Both the position numbers and the translations under genes were made by a program. Below the pieces are notes generated by a model. That model had not been told where the DNA came from and did no database searches. It was given only the letters and a program-made list of their open reading frames with translations. This document shows positions 1-13,100 of a stretch of 52,887 bases of DNA, in pieces. Position 1 is the first letter of the stretch. The number at the start of each line of letters is the position of its first letter. Source of the DNA: Phoronis australis (lineage: Eukaryota; Animalia; Phoronida); NCBI GenBank assembly GCA_002633005.1, contig NMRA01000821.1, positions 1 to 52,887 on the forward strand. Reading direction: 5' to 3'.

Positions 1-159
1 AAATCCTACTTATAAAATAATATTTCCTCCATCTTAACTTTCTGACTTACTGTTGGAAAATCCTACTGATAAAATAATATTTCCTTCATCTTAACTTTCT
101 GACTTACTGTTGCAAAATCCTACTTATAAAATAATATTTCCTCCATCTTAACTTTCTGA
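1..159. repeat. 57-bp tandem repeat, about 2.8 copies (edge-truncated)
   Basis: AAATCCTACTTATAAAATAATATTTCC recurs at 1, 58, 115. Confidence 0.95.
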
Positions 160-1471
160 GAAATCCCAAGTTACTCCAGGGCAGGGCAAATGAACAATTA
201 TTACACCAAATTCCACCCACTCACACCCAGCTATCAGGACTCCACATACAATTTTGTCCCATTTTTGCCTTGAACTTTAACATTAGTTTGAGAGAGTAGA
301 AAGACAATAACCCAGCCATCAAAGTTGATGGAAAATGACAGCAAGATGCAGGGAGACAAAAGACGACAATCACCCAAGTTGATTACTTTTACAGTCGATA
401 TCCTGCAAACATCCAACTGGCACTGGTCACCAACACAATTTTAAGAGAACAGAAAACCCCTCCAGCACCTCAGTACACTATCACATAAATAATCACATAC
501 AGCATTCAGGTGTAGCCTAATGTCCACTATTATACAACACAATACAATACAAATCTGTGAATGAGCTTAGGCCATTTGCAGGTGGCAATGACACAAACCC
601 ATTCACATGTTATCATCCATACACCAGGGCCTGTTGCACTATGCTTTATTGCTTGGTTATATTTCTCCAAGTATGTTGCTTTGTTGTGAAGTTTGTTTGC
701 TTTTGTTTGAAAGAATGGTAGTGGTTGCATTTCTTGTTGATCAGTTTGAAATTCCCACATAACATGCATCTCGTGAAAATCTCGAGGCCTCTCATATTTG
801 GGCAAACTCATTCAATAAGTGGGGCTCAAGCCCTAGTCCTTTGACGGATTCTTCAGAAATACATTACGAAAATGAAACTGAGCTACAGGAAACAAGTCGT
901 CTCCTTCATACCATTCTGGAGTTAATCGAGATTTTCTGTTGACTTTATTTTTTAATTCTTGTGCCTCAGCAAAGATGACTTTCAACTCGTCTGTCTAAAA
1001 TTTGGCATGTGAATAGATCTCGTTTATTTCCTTACTCTTTAATGGGCACAGTCTTTTTAAGGGAATGGTAAGTGGTATTAGGTATGTTAGCTATTCCCAC
1101 TAGGGGGCAGTGTTGAGTGTGATCGGAGAGGTCTAGTTGGTCGGCGAGGGTGTTCAGGGAATTCAGTTCACGTCTGCTCACCATGCAAGAAGGGCAAGCA
1201 ACCGTTCACTCCTCAGACAACGCTCGGAACATCGGTTAAGATAATACGTACCAAGACATTATTGGAAGCATATAGACAACGGTGAAGCTCAACATTACAA
1301 AGGAGAACCACCGTGACATCATTACATACACTGATACACAGCTTCCAAAGAAAGACTAAAGTACCTCTCCACTAACTCGTCTATTACACATCTCGTAGTC
1401 GGACCAACAGAACTGAAATTTGCAATCTTTGAACCACTTCTCACTCAACAACCTGAACGACAGGGACGAGA

Positions 1472-1796
1472 CAGCCTCGATTGTTGAGAACCACAACATA
1501 AGTTGTTTTACTAATCATGTATATTTTCGTTTTATTACTGTAACATATATGCTCAGTCTTGATGGTTGAGAAACAAAACACAAGTTGTTTTACTGATCAT
1601 GTGTAATTTCGTTTATATTACTGTAACATATATGTTCAGTCTCAATGGTTGAGAACCATAACATGAGTTGTTTTACCTATTACGTGTATTTTCGTTTACG
1701 AATTACTGTAGCATATATGTTCAGTCTCAATGGTTGAGAAACATAACACAAGTTGTTTTACTGATCAAGTGTAATTTCGTTTATATAACTGTAACA
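1472..1796. repeat. About 83-bp tandem repeat, 4 copies
   Basis: CAGTCTCAATGGTTGAGAA...TACTGTAACA units. Confidence 0.9.
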
Positions 1797-2772
1797 GTGG
1801 AGCACTTCAGTGCTCCACTGAAATGTGATTCTCAGCTGTACACTACCATAACAACCACAGAGTAGTGTGGAATCCTTCTAAAGTACAGGAAATGTTGTAT
1901 CACAAAGATTACAAAAAACAGACCGTATAGCGCAAAAAACACGAAGAGAATTTCCACATCGGTAAAATTGTGTACTGCATCAAATGTGTCATTTCACATC
2001 TATTGCAAAATTATAATCACCAGACTACTTTATCTTTCCTTATCCAGTATTCATAGAAATTCACTGCACCCACTTTTCACTTGGAACACAGAATTTTAAA
2101 GCTTTCAGTAATACACTTCAAACCCAAGACAAGAGCTCCTAAGAAACATAAAGATGCGACAGGCAAATACATATGTCATGACAACATCAACTAAAGGACG
2201 AAGACCTGTAAATTAAAGTAAAAATAATCTGACAGTTCGTGTGGTCTTTATAGATCTAACTACTAATGATTAACATCTAATAGAGGCACATGTCAATTCC
2301 AACCTTTCTCATGATTCATAATACCTTAACAATTACTACGCACTGTACAGAGCCATGCATTGGAACAGAATATACGGTGCCTCTTTGCTATCACCACTAA
2401 GGCATTGTCCACATGACTCTATGTTCATTTGTAAACGTAACCTTTTACAGACAGTTCAGGCCATATATTTCTACTGAATTGCGCAGTCTGAAGTTAAGTA
2501 AAATTAAAAACTTGAAAATGTTCTCCAACGTGGTGGATTTTTTTGAGAACAATGTTTTCATAGCACTTGACTGAACAGGCAAAAAATAACTCTTTGAACA
2601 CAGTTTTCATTGCCTGAGTGCGTACAGTAAAAAAGCAACTCTCAGAATTCATTTAGAAATTGAATCTAATGATTACAAAAACAAATACATATAGTTTGTC
2701 ACTTGTTTTAAACCAAAACATGTGAGAGACGAGTGTTGCCCCACTGTTCCACACACATGCAAGACAGATTAA

Positions 2773-3160
2773 AGGCGAAGGTAACCTTTTTTCATGTCAT
2801 TTTTAGCAAAAATAAGATTCGCTGATTATCCCAGACATATTTTTCACTTAATTACAGCTTTTTGTAATTCGATCTCTACTCCGGAAGTGATGTTTTTGGG
2901 AGGCAAGAATTTGGCGCCAGTTTATTTTCTTATTGTCTGACTGTGAGAGCTGCCAAGTCAGTCATTGTTCCACCTCGGTTGAGATAAGTTCGTTCGTCGT
3001 TTGCTTTTGTTTACGAGTCAGTCTTGCTTCCCAAAACGTCACTTACGGAGTAGAGGAAGAGTAATTGTTTAAATTGCCAAAAAGGTGTAATTCACTGAAA
3101 AACAAGTCTGGGATAACCAACGAACCTTATTTTTGCTCAAAATTACACAAAAAAAGGTTG
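2773..3160. mobile_element. Foldback MITE with long inverted arms (TTAA-AGG start, Kolobok-like)
   Basis: 2784-2910 inverted to 3022-3160. Confidence 0.7.
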
Positions 3161-3340
3161 ACCAACGTGTCACAAAACCCAGCGGAAACACTAAGTGAAA
3201 TATGGAAGAACTATGTCTCCGTATTGTCACGACGTGAAATAATCATGGAGACGGTTAAGGTTAGAACCATCTTTGCTCGTTTAAAGTTGACTGTTTGTTT
3301 TCTTGATGACTAGGTGACACGCAAGACAGCTTAAATCAGC

Positions 3341-3445
3341 TTGCATATCACAAGCCTCAATTTGCATATCACAAGCCTCAATTTGCATATCACAAGCCTC
3401 AATTTGCATATCACAAGCCTCAATTTGCATATCACAAGCCTCAAT
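3341..3445. repeat. 21-bp tandem repeat x5
   Basis: TTGCATATCACAAGCCTCAAT. Confidence 0.97.
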
Positions 3446-3963
3446 CTATGGTCATCATGCACATGGCATATAAATACAAGACAAAAATAATCGGATAAAA
3501 TACCCTCTCGTGACAGCTATAATTCTGTTAACAGCAAAAATTACCGGTAACAACAATTAGGGCAGCAAAATTATAATTACAGAATGAATTAGCCACCATG
3601 CTAACTTCCCTGTTGAACTCCTTCATTATCAGATGTGAGGGAAGACTACACTAACAAAGAATTTGGCTTCAGCCCAGCCATCATGACAGGGAATTCTGGG
3701 TAATTTTGTCCGAATACTTTTGATTTGTACTGTATACTTCGACAGGTCTTTCAAACAATAAGGAAATACAACTCTTTCGTTTCGTTGCCACCTCACAGTA
3801 GCTAGTTATGAAGAAAGTATTCACTATCTTTATTTTTGTAAAGAAACTGGACAAAGTAAATTTCTGTTGGTTGCCGCACTGCACAAGTAATCTGCTACGG
3901 TATCTATTCACCTGTAAACAGAAGCACGAGCTTAATGAAAGAAAAAAAAAAGGATGAACTAAC

Positions 3964-4185
3964 CGTGAACTTTTTGAGGTCAAGGCTGATCCTGTTGGCC
4001 TCTCGCACCAACAGCTGCGTCCTGTAGAGGTCAGTCTTGACCGAGTCCTTGCGCACACTGACCGGTGTGTTGGTGCGACGCTGTTTGATGGTGGAGAGTT
4101 TCTGTACCTCATTCTTGATCTTCTGCTGCTCCAGTTCCAGTTGCTTGAGTAGCTTAGTGTGGTCCACGCGGGACTTCTCTACAGC
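3964..4185 (-). CDS. KIF14: KIF14 exon 18 ([13 protein letters not shown]...[16 protein letters not shown])
   Basis: TTCAG/GTTAGT; kinesin-3 VREAN.IS motif. Confidence 0.9.
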
Positions 4186-7100
4186 CTGAACACAGTATGA
4201 AATGTGGTGATAATAACTACTATTACATCATTTTGTAAGTAGCAACAGGGCATGGAATGACCAATGACAAAAAAGGAATAATGTTCCAGGTGACATATCG
4301 TCCCATAAATAAATAGGCTTGCGTGTAGAAATATTTTTGCGATGTAAAATTTAACTGAATTTGCACGAATAAAGTCAAAATAATGATAAAATAGAGACGA
4401 AAAAAGAGGAAACTAGAAATCAATTCAGAGGAAATTGAAACCAAACACGAGGAATCCTCTTAAAAAAAAGGAAAATTCCAATCTCTGTGACAAACAAAGG
4501 GTGCAATCACAGAGAATCAATAAGTAAAAGGGAACCATTCACTTGTATGAAACACTGTAGAATCAGACATAAGATTAAAGAACCACAAAGTTAGGTGTTG
4601 ATTATACCGAAGACAGTAGGACCATGCAAAAGATCTGTATTAGTGCAAATGATAGCACGGGTTGTGCATATATTTCAGTGACTTATGCAGAAGATTCAGT
4701 GCTTTGTGCAGATGAGTCAATCCCCCGAGTGCATGATCGCCAAGGGTTACGAGACAATTAGTTAATCACAGTCATAATCAAACCATCAACCTCATGTTTA
4801 CTCACAAAATGCTCTAATCAATAAAATACTGAGAAATCTCAGCGTTTAAAACTTCAAATTTTCAAGACTTTAATGCCTAAAAATTTACCTTCTGCGATGC
4901 TTGTGCTTCGAGCTCCAACTTTTTCCGATTAGACAAAACCTCCTGCTCCAATTGCTGCAAGCAGACGACACGACAATTACCAAAAGCACAGGAAACACAT
5001 CCCACAATGCACCTGAGTGGCCTCAATCTCTGAGTTCAGATTCGTACCAACATTCATACTCAAGGTTGCGTCTGACTCAGCTCTACACACAAAATTGTTC
5101 TTAGTTAGTCGGCACACAAAAACAATAGCAGAAGACCGGACAATCAGAATCTGATTACGTTTATAAACCAAGACAGTGGGTTGTTTATCCCCCCCCCAAG
5201 CCATCAACAAACAGGGGTACTCACCATCTTCTCTTGCCTCAGTCTCTCTATGTCGTCCTCCACTTTCTGGCGGTGAACGTCCGACTTCACCTTCAACTGG
5301 TTCTGTTCAGTCTGCAAAAGGTTATTAATGAAAAGTAAAGAGGCGTACGCTGAGTTATGTCACTCTCGCCACTGAGAACTGAATTCTGAAGAGCATGGAG
5401 AGTGTGCAACTTTAACCAAGAAGCACAATTTCGAAGTTGAAAATAACAAATTGGCTCTTACTTTACAAATAAACCTGATTAGTTTACCACAATGACAAAG
5501 TTTCACTAGGCAGCTTGGTTCCATTAATCAGCAGATAACAATGCTAACCCTAACACTTGACAGCCAATAGCATGCTGCCATCTGTCCAACACTCACCAGC
5601 GCCCTCTCCAGTTCAGCCAGTCTATCCTCATAACCATGGCGCTGCATGCTCAGTTCATGTGCAGCGGCCTGCTTCGTCTCCTCCAGCTCTCGTTGCACCT
5701 CTTCCTTGGCTGTCCGCCGTGCCTCCTCCAATTCAGCCTGGATCCTGCCACGACATAGAAAGCAGTCATGTGACTGGTCACAAATAAACAGTGAACAACC
5801 TCATCACAAGATATGGCAGTACATAGTCATACGCCATAGAAATACAACAATAGCCCTATCTAAATTTGACACACATTTCTTATTTGTTAATGTTATTGTT
5901 AGTTTTACTATAATAACCATCGATATCACTTTTTTTATAATTATTATTCTTATTATAATTATCACTATTACTATTATCACGATTATGATCATAATTTATT
6001 ATTATCATCACCACGTATCAACGAGATATTCGGTAAGTGCTCCCCATTTTCTCAGAACCTTGGTCACACACTGGAGAGAGAACGCAGTTCCTCTTTAAGT
6101 AACGAGTGTACAATTGAGAACCAAATCCACTTACTCTGTAGCCTAACAAACCATTTCCACACACCAACAGTTCACAGCCGGTACTATCATCAATTATTAC
6201 CAATCAAACACAGAGCTGGTAGACAACACATGGCACTGTGATGCATGCTCAATTTTTGCAATAGAACAGGATTAATTATTGACAACACCTTCGTACCGAA
6301 TTTATGACTTTGAACCAATAACGTGGTTCGTAAGAGGCTAATCTCGAAGAGAAATCAATGGTTCACATGTCACGGACGACGGACTGGGTCATAACAAAAA
6401 CATGAACCAGAGGTCAGAGGTCAACTTTAACATGCAGGGGCGCAAGGTTATGAAACATTCACCCAGTCATAGCTTTGATCATCGTGGCCTCAAACTTTAA
6501 CAGATGCACACTTTATAATTGGTGGCTCATCAGCTTGGTTGTTGAAAGTAAACACTGTCACACTCTACTGTTTAATTTGCAGTCACGTCTTAGCTACAAT
6601 CTTTCATAAAACATGACCCAGGTACAGAGTCCAATATTTTTGAAGGTAAAATGTCATAATTAATGAATTCCGCACAATTTTGTTTAAAGGGTGGTTCTCT
6701 GGAACAAAGAGAATTGTGCCATTATAGCCTACCTTTAAGCTCCATTTTCTCATACAAATATTTGTAATAGGTATTATATTTAATAAAACTTAGAAAAAAA
6801 AGATTCGTTTAAGAAGGGTGATCACAAATTGAAATAGAATAGGGCAGAGGGGGACAAGGATGACCAAGCTATGGGATTATACGGCGACAAGTTATCCAGT
6901 TACAGATGAGACAAAATTGAGCATGAAATACTCAAGAAAACTCAATGAACGGAAAAATATACTTATTTTTTTAGTCTGCTCAAGCAGTTGACAGAACACC
7001 AAACAACTCACATCCAATAAACACCAAGGAGAAGCGGGACCGAAATGAAGAACAAGAACAGGGCAAAAATGCAAGGAGGCAAAGCACAACATCTTTGACT

Positions 7101-10100
7101 TATCGAAACAAAGAGCAATAGTCGCAGTGCCCAACAAATACCTGTTCTGAACAGAGGGGGGTGGGGTCATGTCAGGTAAGACGGGCAGTATCCGTTTGCG
7201 CTTGCGTTTTTTCAACACCTGATTTTTCAGTTCGGCCATTTTCATTGCGAGGCGTGGTTCAGTGGGGATAACCGGCTTGGAACGGCCAATCACAGACTTC
7301 CATTTTGCGGCCATGTTGGCAAAATTAGCTGCCTTGTTGATCGCCTCAAGACCCTCTGATTTAGACTTCTGCCTCGTCAGAGCTAGCTTCAGTACCAGAG
7401 GCTTATTTTCACTATCTTTGTCGACAAGCTCATTCTTGTTTGAAGAATTTTCTAAGGGAGAATGGGGAGAAAGATCTCGACCAGCGAAATCATTCTGTGT
7501 CTTCAATGTCACCAAGGAATCAGAGCGCAACAGTTTGCGACATCCAAGTTTAGGAATGTCATTTTTCGTAACAGTAGTGTTTGTATACTTGCAGTTCCTT
7601 TCTCCAATTGAAGGCAACGGTGCAACGAGTGAGGTGGCGAAAACACCATTGCGGCTACCTCTTTCAGGAGGGGATTGCTCTGCAAACTGTGCAAGACTTG
7701 AGAGGCACGGTTCGCTGTTCCGCCGCGACTGCAGACGAGGCGAGAACACATTCTCAAACTGTCCCACACTCTCGGCTCGAGTGTCCGACATGTCAGACAT
7801 ATGTCCGGTATTGCACCTTGTTTGTCTACTGCTGATTTTCGATGAACAATCATCATTTTTAGTGTCCGACATGGCAGACGTATATCCGCTGTCACAGCGT
7901 GTCTTTCTACTGCTGGCTTTTGACGAGAACTTGTCGTTTTTATCATTTTTATCCGAAAAGTCAAGCGGTAAAATATTTTCTGTATTCTTCACAGCACCCA
8001 TTTGACCAACAGAATCACTGAACGCGGAGACTGCATTGCTTCTTTTCACGTTCTTCCTCCATGACCTCAGCATCTTCTTGACCTTGTTACTGACCTTGTC
8101 CTGTAATCCAGTTTTATCCCGAACAATTTCTGTATCACGGTCGGATGAATCCGGGTCAGACTTGGAAGAACCTAGGCTAGACGCAGAACTTTTTGGTGTT
8201 AACAATCGTTTTTTCGACTGCTGCTTCACTAGCTTGATCCCCCTACTGAACAGCGTAGGACTGGAAGTTTCCGGAGAACCCCGACTACTGTCGTCATGCA
8301 AGACACCCGTTCGTCGCTCAGCGAACTTTGGTGACAGTTTTGGCGACTTCTTGAAAACATCCGTCATGCTCTTTGATGAAGAAAGGCACTTTTCATTGTC
8401 TTTCAGGACCCGCCTGCTATCTTCCCTGCCATAGTCTGAGCCATCTACGTTCAACTTCGATTGCGACACACTATGATTAACTGTTGTTACTGACACCCGC
8501 CTCTCATGTTTAACACGTTTACCACAACTCATCTCATTAGAAACAGAGGCAATGGCAGTGTCCTGTTGTTTCGCAACTTCAGCTGAAGCGTCGTGAAATG
8601 TTAAATGTTCTTCCTCTAGACGTCTGGCAGAATCAGACGTCAAAATATTCTTTAACGATTTAGACTTGTGTTTTAATGAAACACGCTTACAGGACTCCAT
8701 GACACAAGTGGTGCGAGGACTTCAGTCAGAGAAACAAGATCTCAGAACTGCCAAGAAACTTGCCCATCTTCCTCAACACAACAGCTTATTACTAATTGCA
8801 ATAATTGTCTTGAAAATTGGCACATCTTAGCCACAGGTCAACACAAAGAGTTACTTTACTAATTAGCTGTAATATCTAATTAGCCAGGCCGTTGACCCCA
8901 AATGACACGAAAGACAGGCATTTACAGCGCATTTCAAAAAACAATCAGGCATCAGTCTAACTGGATGAGATCTTGATGAAGAGATCTTCCACAGCACGAA
9001 TGAAGGTCAATAAACTCCAGTAATTCTTTCTCCATAGAACAATGGTGAAATTTTCCACGGCAAAACCACGAAACACATTTTCAAAATGAACGATGTGATT
9101 TTTCAAAATTCGATAAATATCATTATCGTCAAAGCAAAACCAAGGTATTGCGCGATATCCAACCACAGACATCCTTGCCGATTGCAGTTTTGTAGTGGCA
9201 AAACTCAAAACATGTCAATTCCCAGAAAAACTGTCGGCTAATCCTGGCTCAATTCGAGCACAGAGTCTGTAGAATTTCTACTGAATACCTCTCCATCGGA
9301 TCTAAATGCAAAGGTGTGTATATGTATATGAAACATGTGTTGTCTAAAAACACATCCAGGTATCTAGGATTAGGAGCTGATCGCCTTTAAATAGAATGTT
9401 AGCCTACTCTTAATAACGGATTACAAGCCCGTTCAACCCAATTAGTGGCATTGGCCAATCTGAACCAGGAAGACATGGGAAATGATGACAAACACCTCTT
9501 CATGAGTTACAGCAAAATCCAAGCAAGGATGGATACAAAGATTGATTCCTAGTCAATATCATTCGTATCGCCGGAGATTAATCAAACTTAGCCTCGTGTT
9601 GAAAACTTAAAAACAGTATTTTTTAGCAATACAAAGCAGAAAAACACATAATTATTCAGCAGAAAAAATGCAAATATTCTAATTTTAACAATACAAAGAG
9701 CCAATGAGCAAGAATGAGTTTGCATGTGTAAGAAACCTACCAATTCGTGTATTGTATTTATCGGATGTATACATTACTAACAAGAGCAACGCGGAGCTGA
9801 AATGCGCCCACAAATGCATCGCAAATAGTGTGCTTTTCGGGTTATTTATTTGTATCATAAAAATGGCCACTAGATAGCACAAAAAAGTACAATCCATCCA
9901 AAAATGGGAACTTGCTATATTTCATAAAAATCTGTGAAGGAACTTCAGAGAAATAAAGGAAAACAGAACAAAATGAAATTGCCACTTGTGGGCACAGTGT
10001 CCGTTCGATCTGCTTGAAAGTCGTCGTCTATTATCTCCATACAAATTCACTTACTAAATTTAATAAAGATCCTGCAGTGGGTTTTGGATATACAGCTATG

Positions 10101-13100
10101 GGCGAAAAACAAAACAAAACTACCACTAGGAGGCACCACAGTCACCATCATCAAATGTCCTCTTCACACTGAAAACATATATGATCGTGGGATGGACGCC
10201 AAAAACTAGATTTGAAAACAGTAAAAATGGCCACTAGGTGGCACAAAATACCTTGATTCCATCCAAAAAAAGGATGATAGTGTCATCTCACCAATAGATG
10301 CCTATATTCATAATTTTATGAAAATCTGTTGAGGACCATTGAAGATACAGAGTTAAACATAAAAACTAAAATTGCCACTAGGGGACACAACAGTAGTCAG
10401 ATCTTTCCGAAAGTTGTCGTCCTCTGTAGTCAACAACACATAAATACAATTGCTAAACTGAGTAAAGATCTTGCAAACAGTTTAGGAGACAGCCATGAGC
10501 GCAAAAAGAAACTGCCACTAGGAGGCGCCCCAGTAGATAAAGTCGTCAAAAAATCATCGTTAGACGTCCACTCGAAAACAGTAGAAATGGCCACTAGGTG
10601 GCGCAAACTACGTCGAATCCATCTGAAAACAGGATGATAGCGTCATCTCATTAATAGGTACCTACATACCACATTTCACTAAAATCCATTGCAGACTTTT
10701 GAAGATACAGAGGTAAGCGTAAAAAACTAAAATTGCCACTAGGAGGCATACCGGTAGTCGAATCCGTCCGAAAATTCGTTCATGCCGTCCCATTCATAAA
10801 TGGAGCACATGTGTCAAATTTCATGAACGTATGTCAAAGGGTTTTGGAGATAGAGTAGCAAACGCCGGACGGACGCCGGACGGACGCCGGACGGACGCCG
10901 GACGGACGCCGGAAGGACGGACGCTGCACGGATGGAGATGACGGCATAATGCGTCCACAAATAAATAACAGGGCTTGGAATGACCAATGACAAAAAACGC
11001 AGAAACTTTTACGGCCCAAATCATGCCTTGAAATGGTCAATGTGAACCTTTCCTCGACAAAAATCGGGAGGTCTAAAAAAAAAACCGTTACCACCATCAG
11101 TACCTTGCGTCTGCATCCTTTTAGCTCTTAGCTCGCCCGTCCGCACTCCCAACCCCACACATTTTTGGCTGCAGAGCGGTAGTATTTGTCGCCGCGCTTA
11201 ACAATAACATGAGACGCCATTGAAAATCCCACCACGCTGTCCCAGGTGCCCCGGCAATGTTGACAATTTACGTTCCTCCGAAACATAAAGAGCAACTTCC
11301 GCTTTTCGAGGTGAATGTCCTCTGCGACACCGCGGTAAGTAAGGAATTTGCCGCGGAAATTTTATATCAAATCCGATTTTTTTTACACAGAAATATTATA
11401 AAAAAAGCGGACAGCACATTTGAAAAAAGCGGAAATCCGCGTTTCCGCGGAAAATTCCAAGCCCTGAAATAAGTGGGCACATAAAAATGGCAACTAGGGG
11501 ACGCAAAATACTTAAAATCCATCAAAACGGGAAAATGTCACCGTTTTTTAACAGAATGCCATTTACCACATTTCATAAAAATCAGTCAAGGAACTTTTAT
11601 TAGAGAAACAGGAAAACAAATAAAGGCAAAGCGTTTGTCGGATCCGCATGAAAGTTATCGTCTTTCATTGTCAATACACTTGCAAAATTTAATAAAGATC
11701 CTTCAGAGGGCTTAGGAGATAAGAAAAAATGAAATTGCCACTAGGGGGCACAGTGTTCGTCGGATGCGTTTGAAAGTCGTTGTCTTCCGTTGTTAACTTC
11801 ATATAAATACACATGCTAAATTTAATAAAGATCCTGCAGATGCCTTAGGAGATACAGGCATGGGCGCAAAAAAACAAAACTGCCACTAGGAGACGCCGCA
11901 GTATTCAAAGTCCTCGGAAAATCATCGTCAACTGTCCTCTTCATAAAGAACATACATGCCAATTTCCACAATCATCCTTAGAGTGGTTTGATATAGGGGC
12001 AGATGCCACGTTGAGTTACGAAAAAGAAGTAAAAAGCATTGAGAGCTGACAATGAGAGAACGACTACAGTACGACACAAAAGTAATCAGACAAAATACAA
12101 TTTCCCTGTCGCGATAATAAATTCCATTAACAGCAAAAACGACTGGCAATAACTATCAGTGCAACACCATTCTAAAAAGAACACGGCTTGGCTACCTTAC
12201 TATGTTTTCCACTAATTCCAATTCTTTCTAGGTCACGAGGGGAGACTATGGATCGGGCTCCCCCCCAGGGAGGCCATCACAATGGGGGAATTCCCGGTCA
12301 TTCTGTCTGAATACTTTTGACCCCCACTGTACCTTCAACTGTATCACTGAAGGGTAATCCCAGTGGATTTACTGCGTGGCTGTCCAATATACTAAGCACC
12401 GGATTAAATGCATGTTTACCAAACAGTTCGCCAACAGAAACTGACTGTACAAGCTGGGGAGAGAAGACGCTTGCGTGCTAGAACACTCAAAAATTGAATT
12501 TGTGGGGCACAAAAGGCAAAGCAAATCAAACTGTTATAGAATAATGGCAAGACAACACAATACCAAAACTATACCCAGACAAGAATGCGCTTCAGTTGCC
12601 ACACCACTGGGAAATGAGCACCACTTAAACAACATGTGAGCACTAGCATTCCGTAAAGCACACTCAGACTCAGACACTCAAGAAGAGACCGATTAAACAT
12701 TTTCCAATAAACTCACGCCAGCTCTTTCCAAATGATAATTTGCATGTTGCACCATTTAAAATAACAACCACGACAACTTTAAGTATCTATTTTATTGTAA
12801 AAAACGTTTTTAATTCTTGTTAAGTTGTAACAAATCCCAGGAAGAGTATGAATGATTATTGATAGAAAGTAAAACTGGCTGTATGCAGTACAGGACATTC
12901 AGACCAACACTACTGTTGTTGCTGACATATACCCCATCTGGAGGCAAAGATCGGAACTACCTCCTGTGGTGAAGCAGAGTCATTGCTCAGTACACTAACC
13001 AGAAAATTCAGTTCAACACAATCACAACATGCCATTTGTGAACATGAAGTTTTTTTATTGAATAATAATTATTGGGAAACCATGAAGTCAGATGACATGA

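Noticed and set aside
1085-1544. Possible solo LTR (TG...CA after a purine-rich tract)
   Set aside because: No matching TSD, second LTR, PBS or coding remnant.
2150-3911. Candidate next KIF14 exons at acceptors near 3911 and 2205
   Set aside because: Translations (VNRYRSRLL..., VFVL*) do not resemble the expected KIF14 continuation; the next exon is probably outside the window.
5880-6010. Ile-rich hydrophobic ORFs
   Set aside because: Degenerate (ATT)n low-complexity intron sequence.
6892-7141. Hydrophobic C-terminal tail of the 602-aa ORF as a membrane anchor
   Set aside because: Follows a good donor and is T-rich on the coding strand; better explained as intron read-through.
7142-8434. 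Plus-strand ORFs 7262-8005 and 8036-8434 and alternate-frame ORFs
   Set aside because: Antisense or frame shadows of the long minus-strand exon; no independent motifs.
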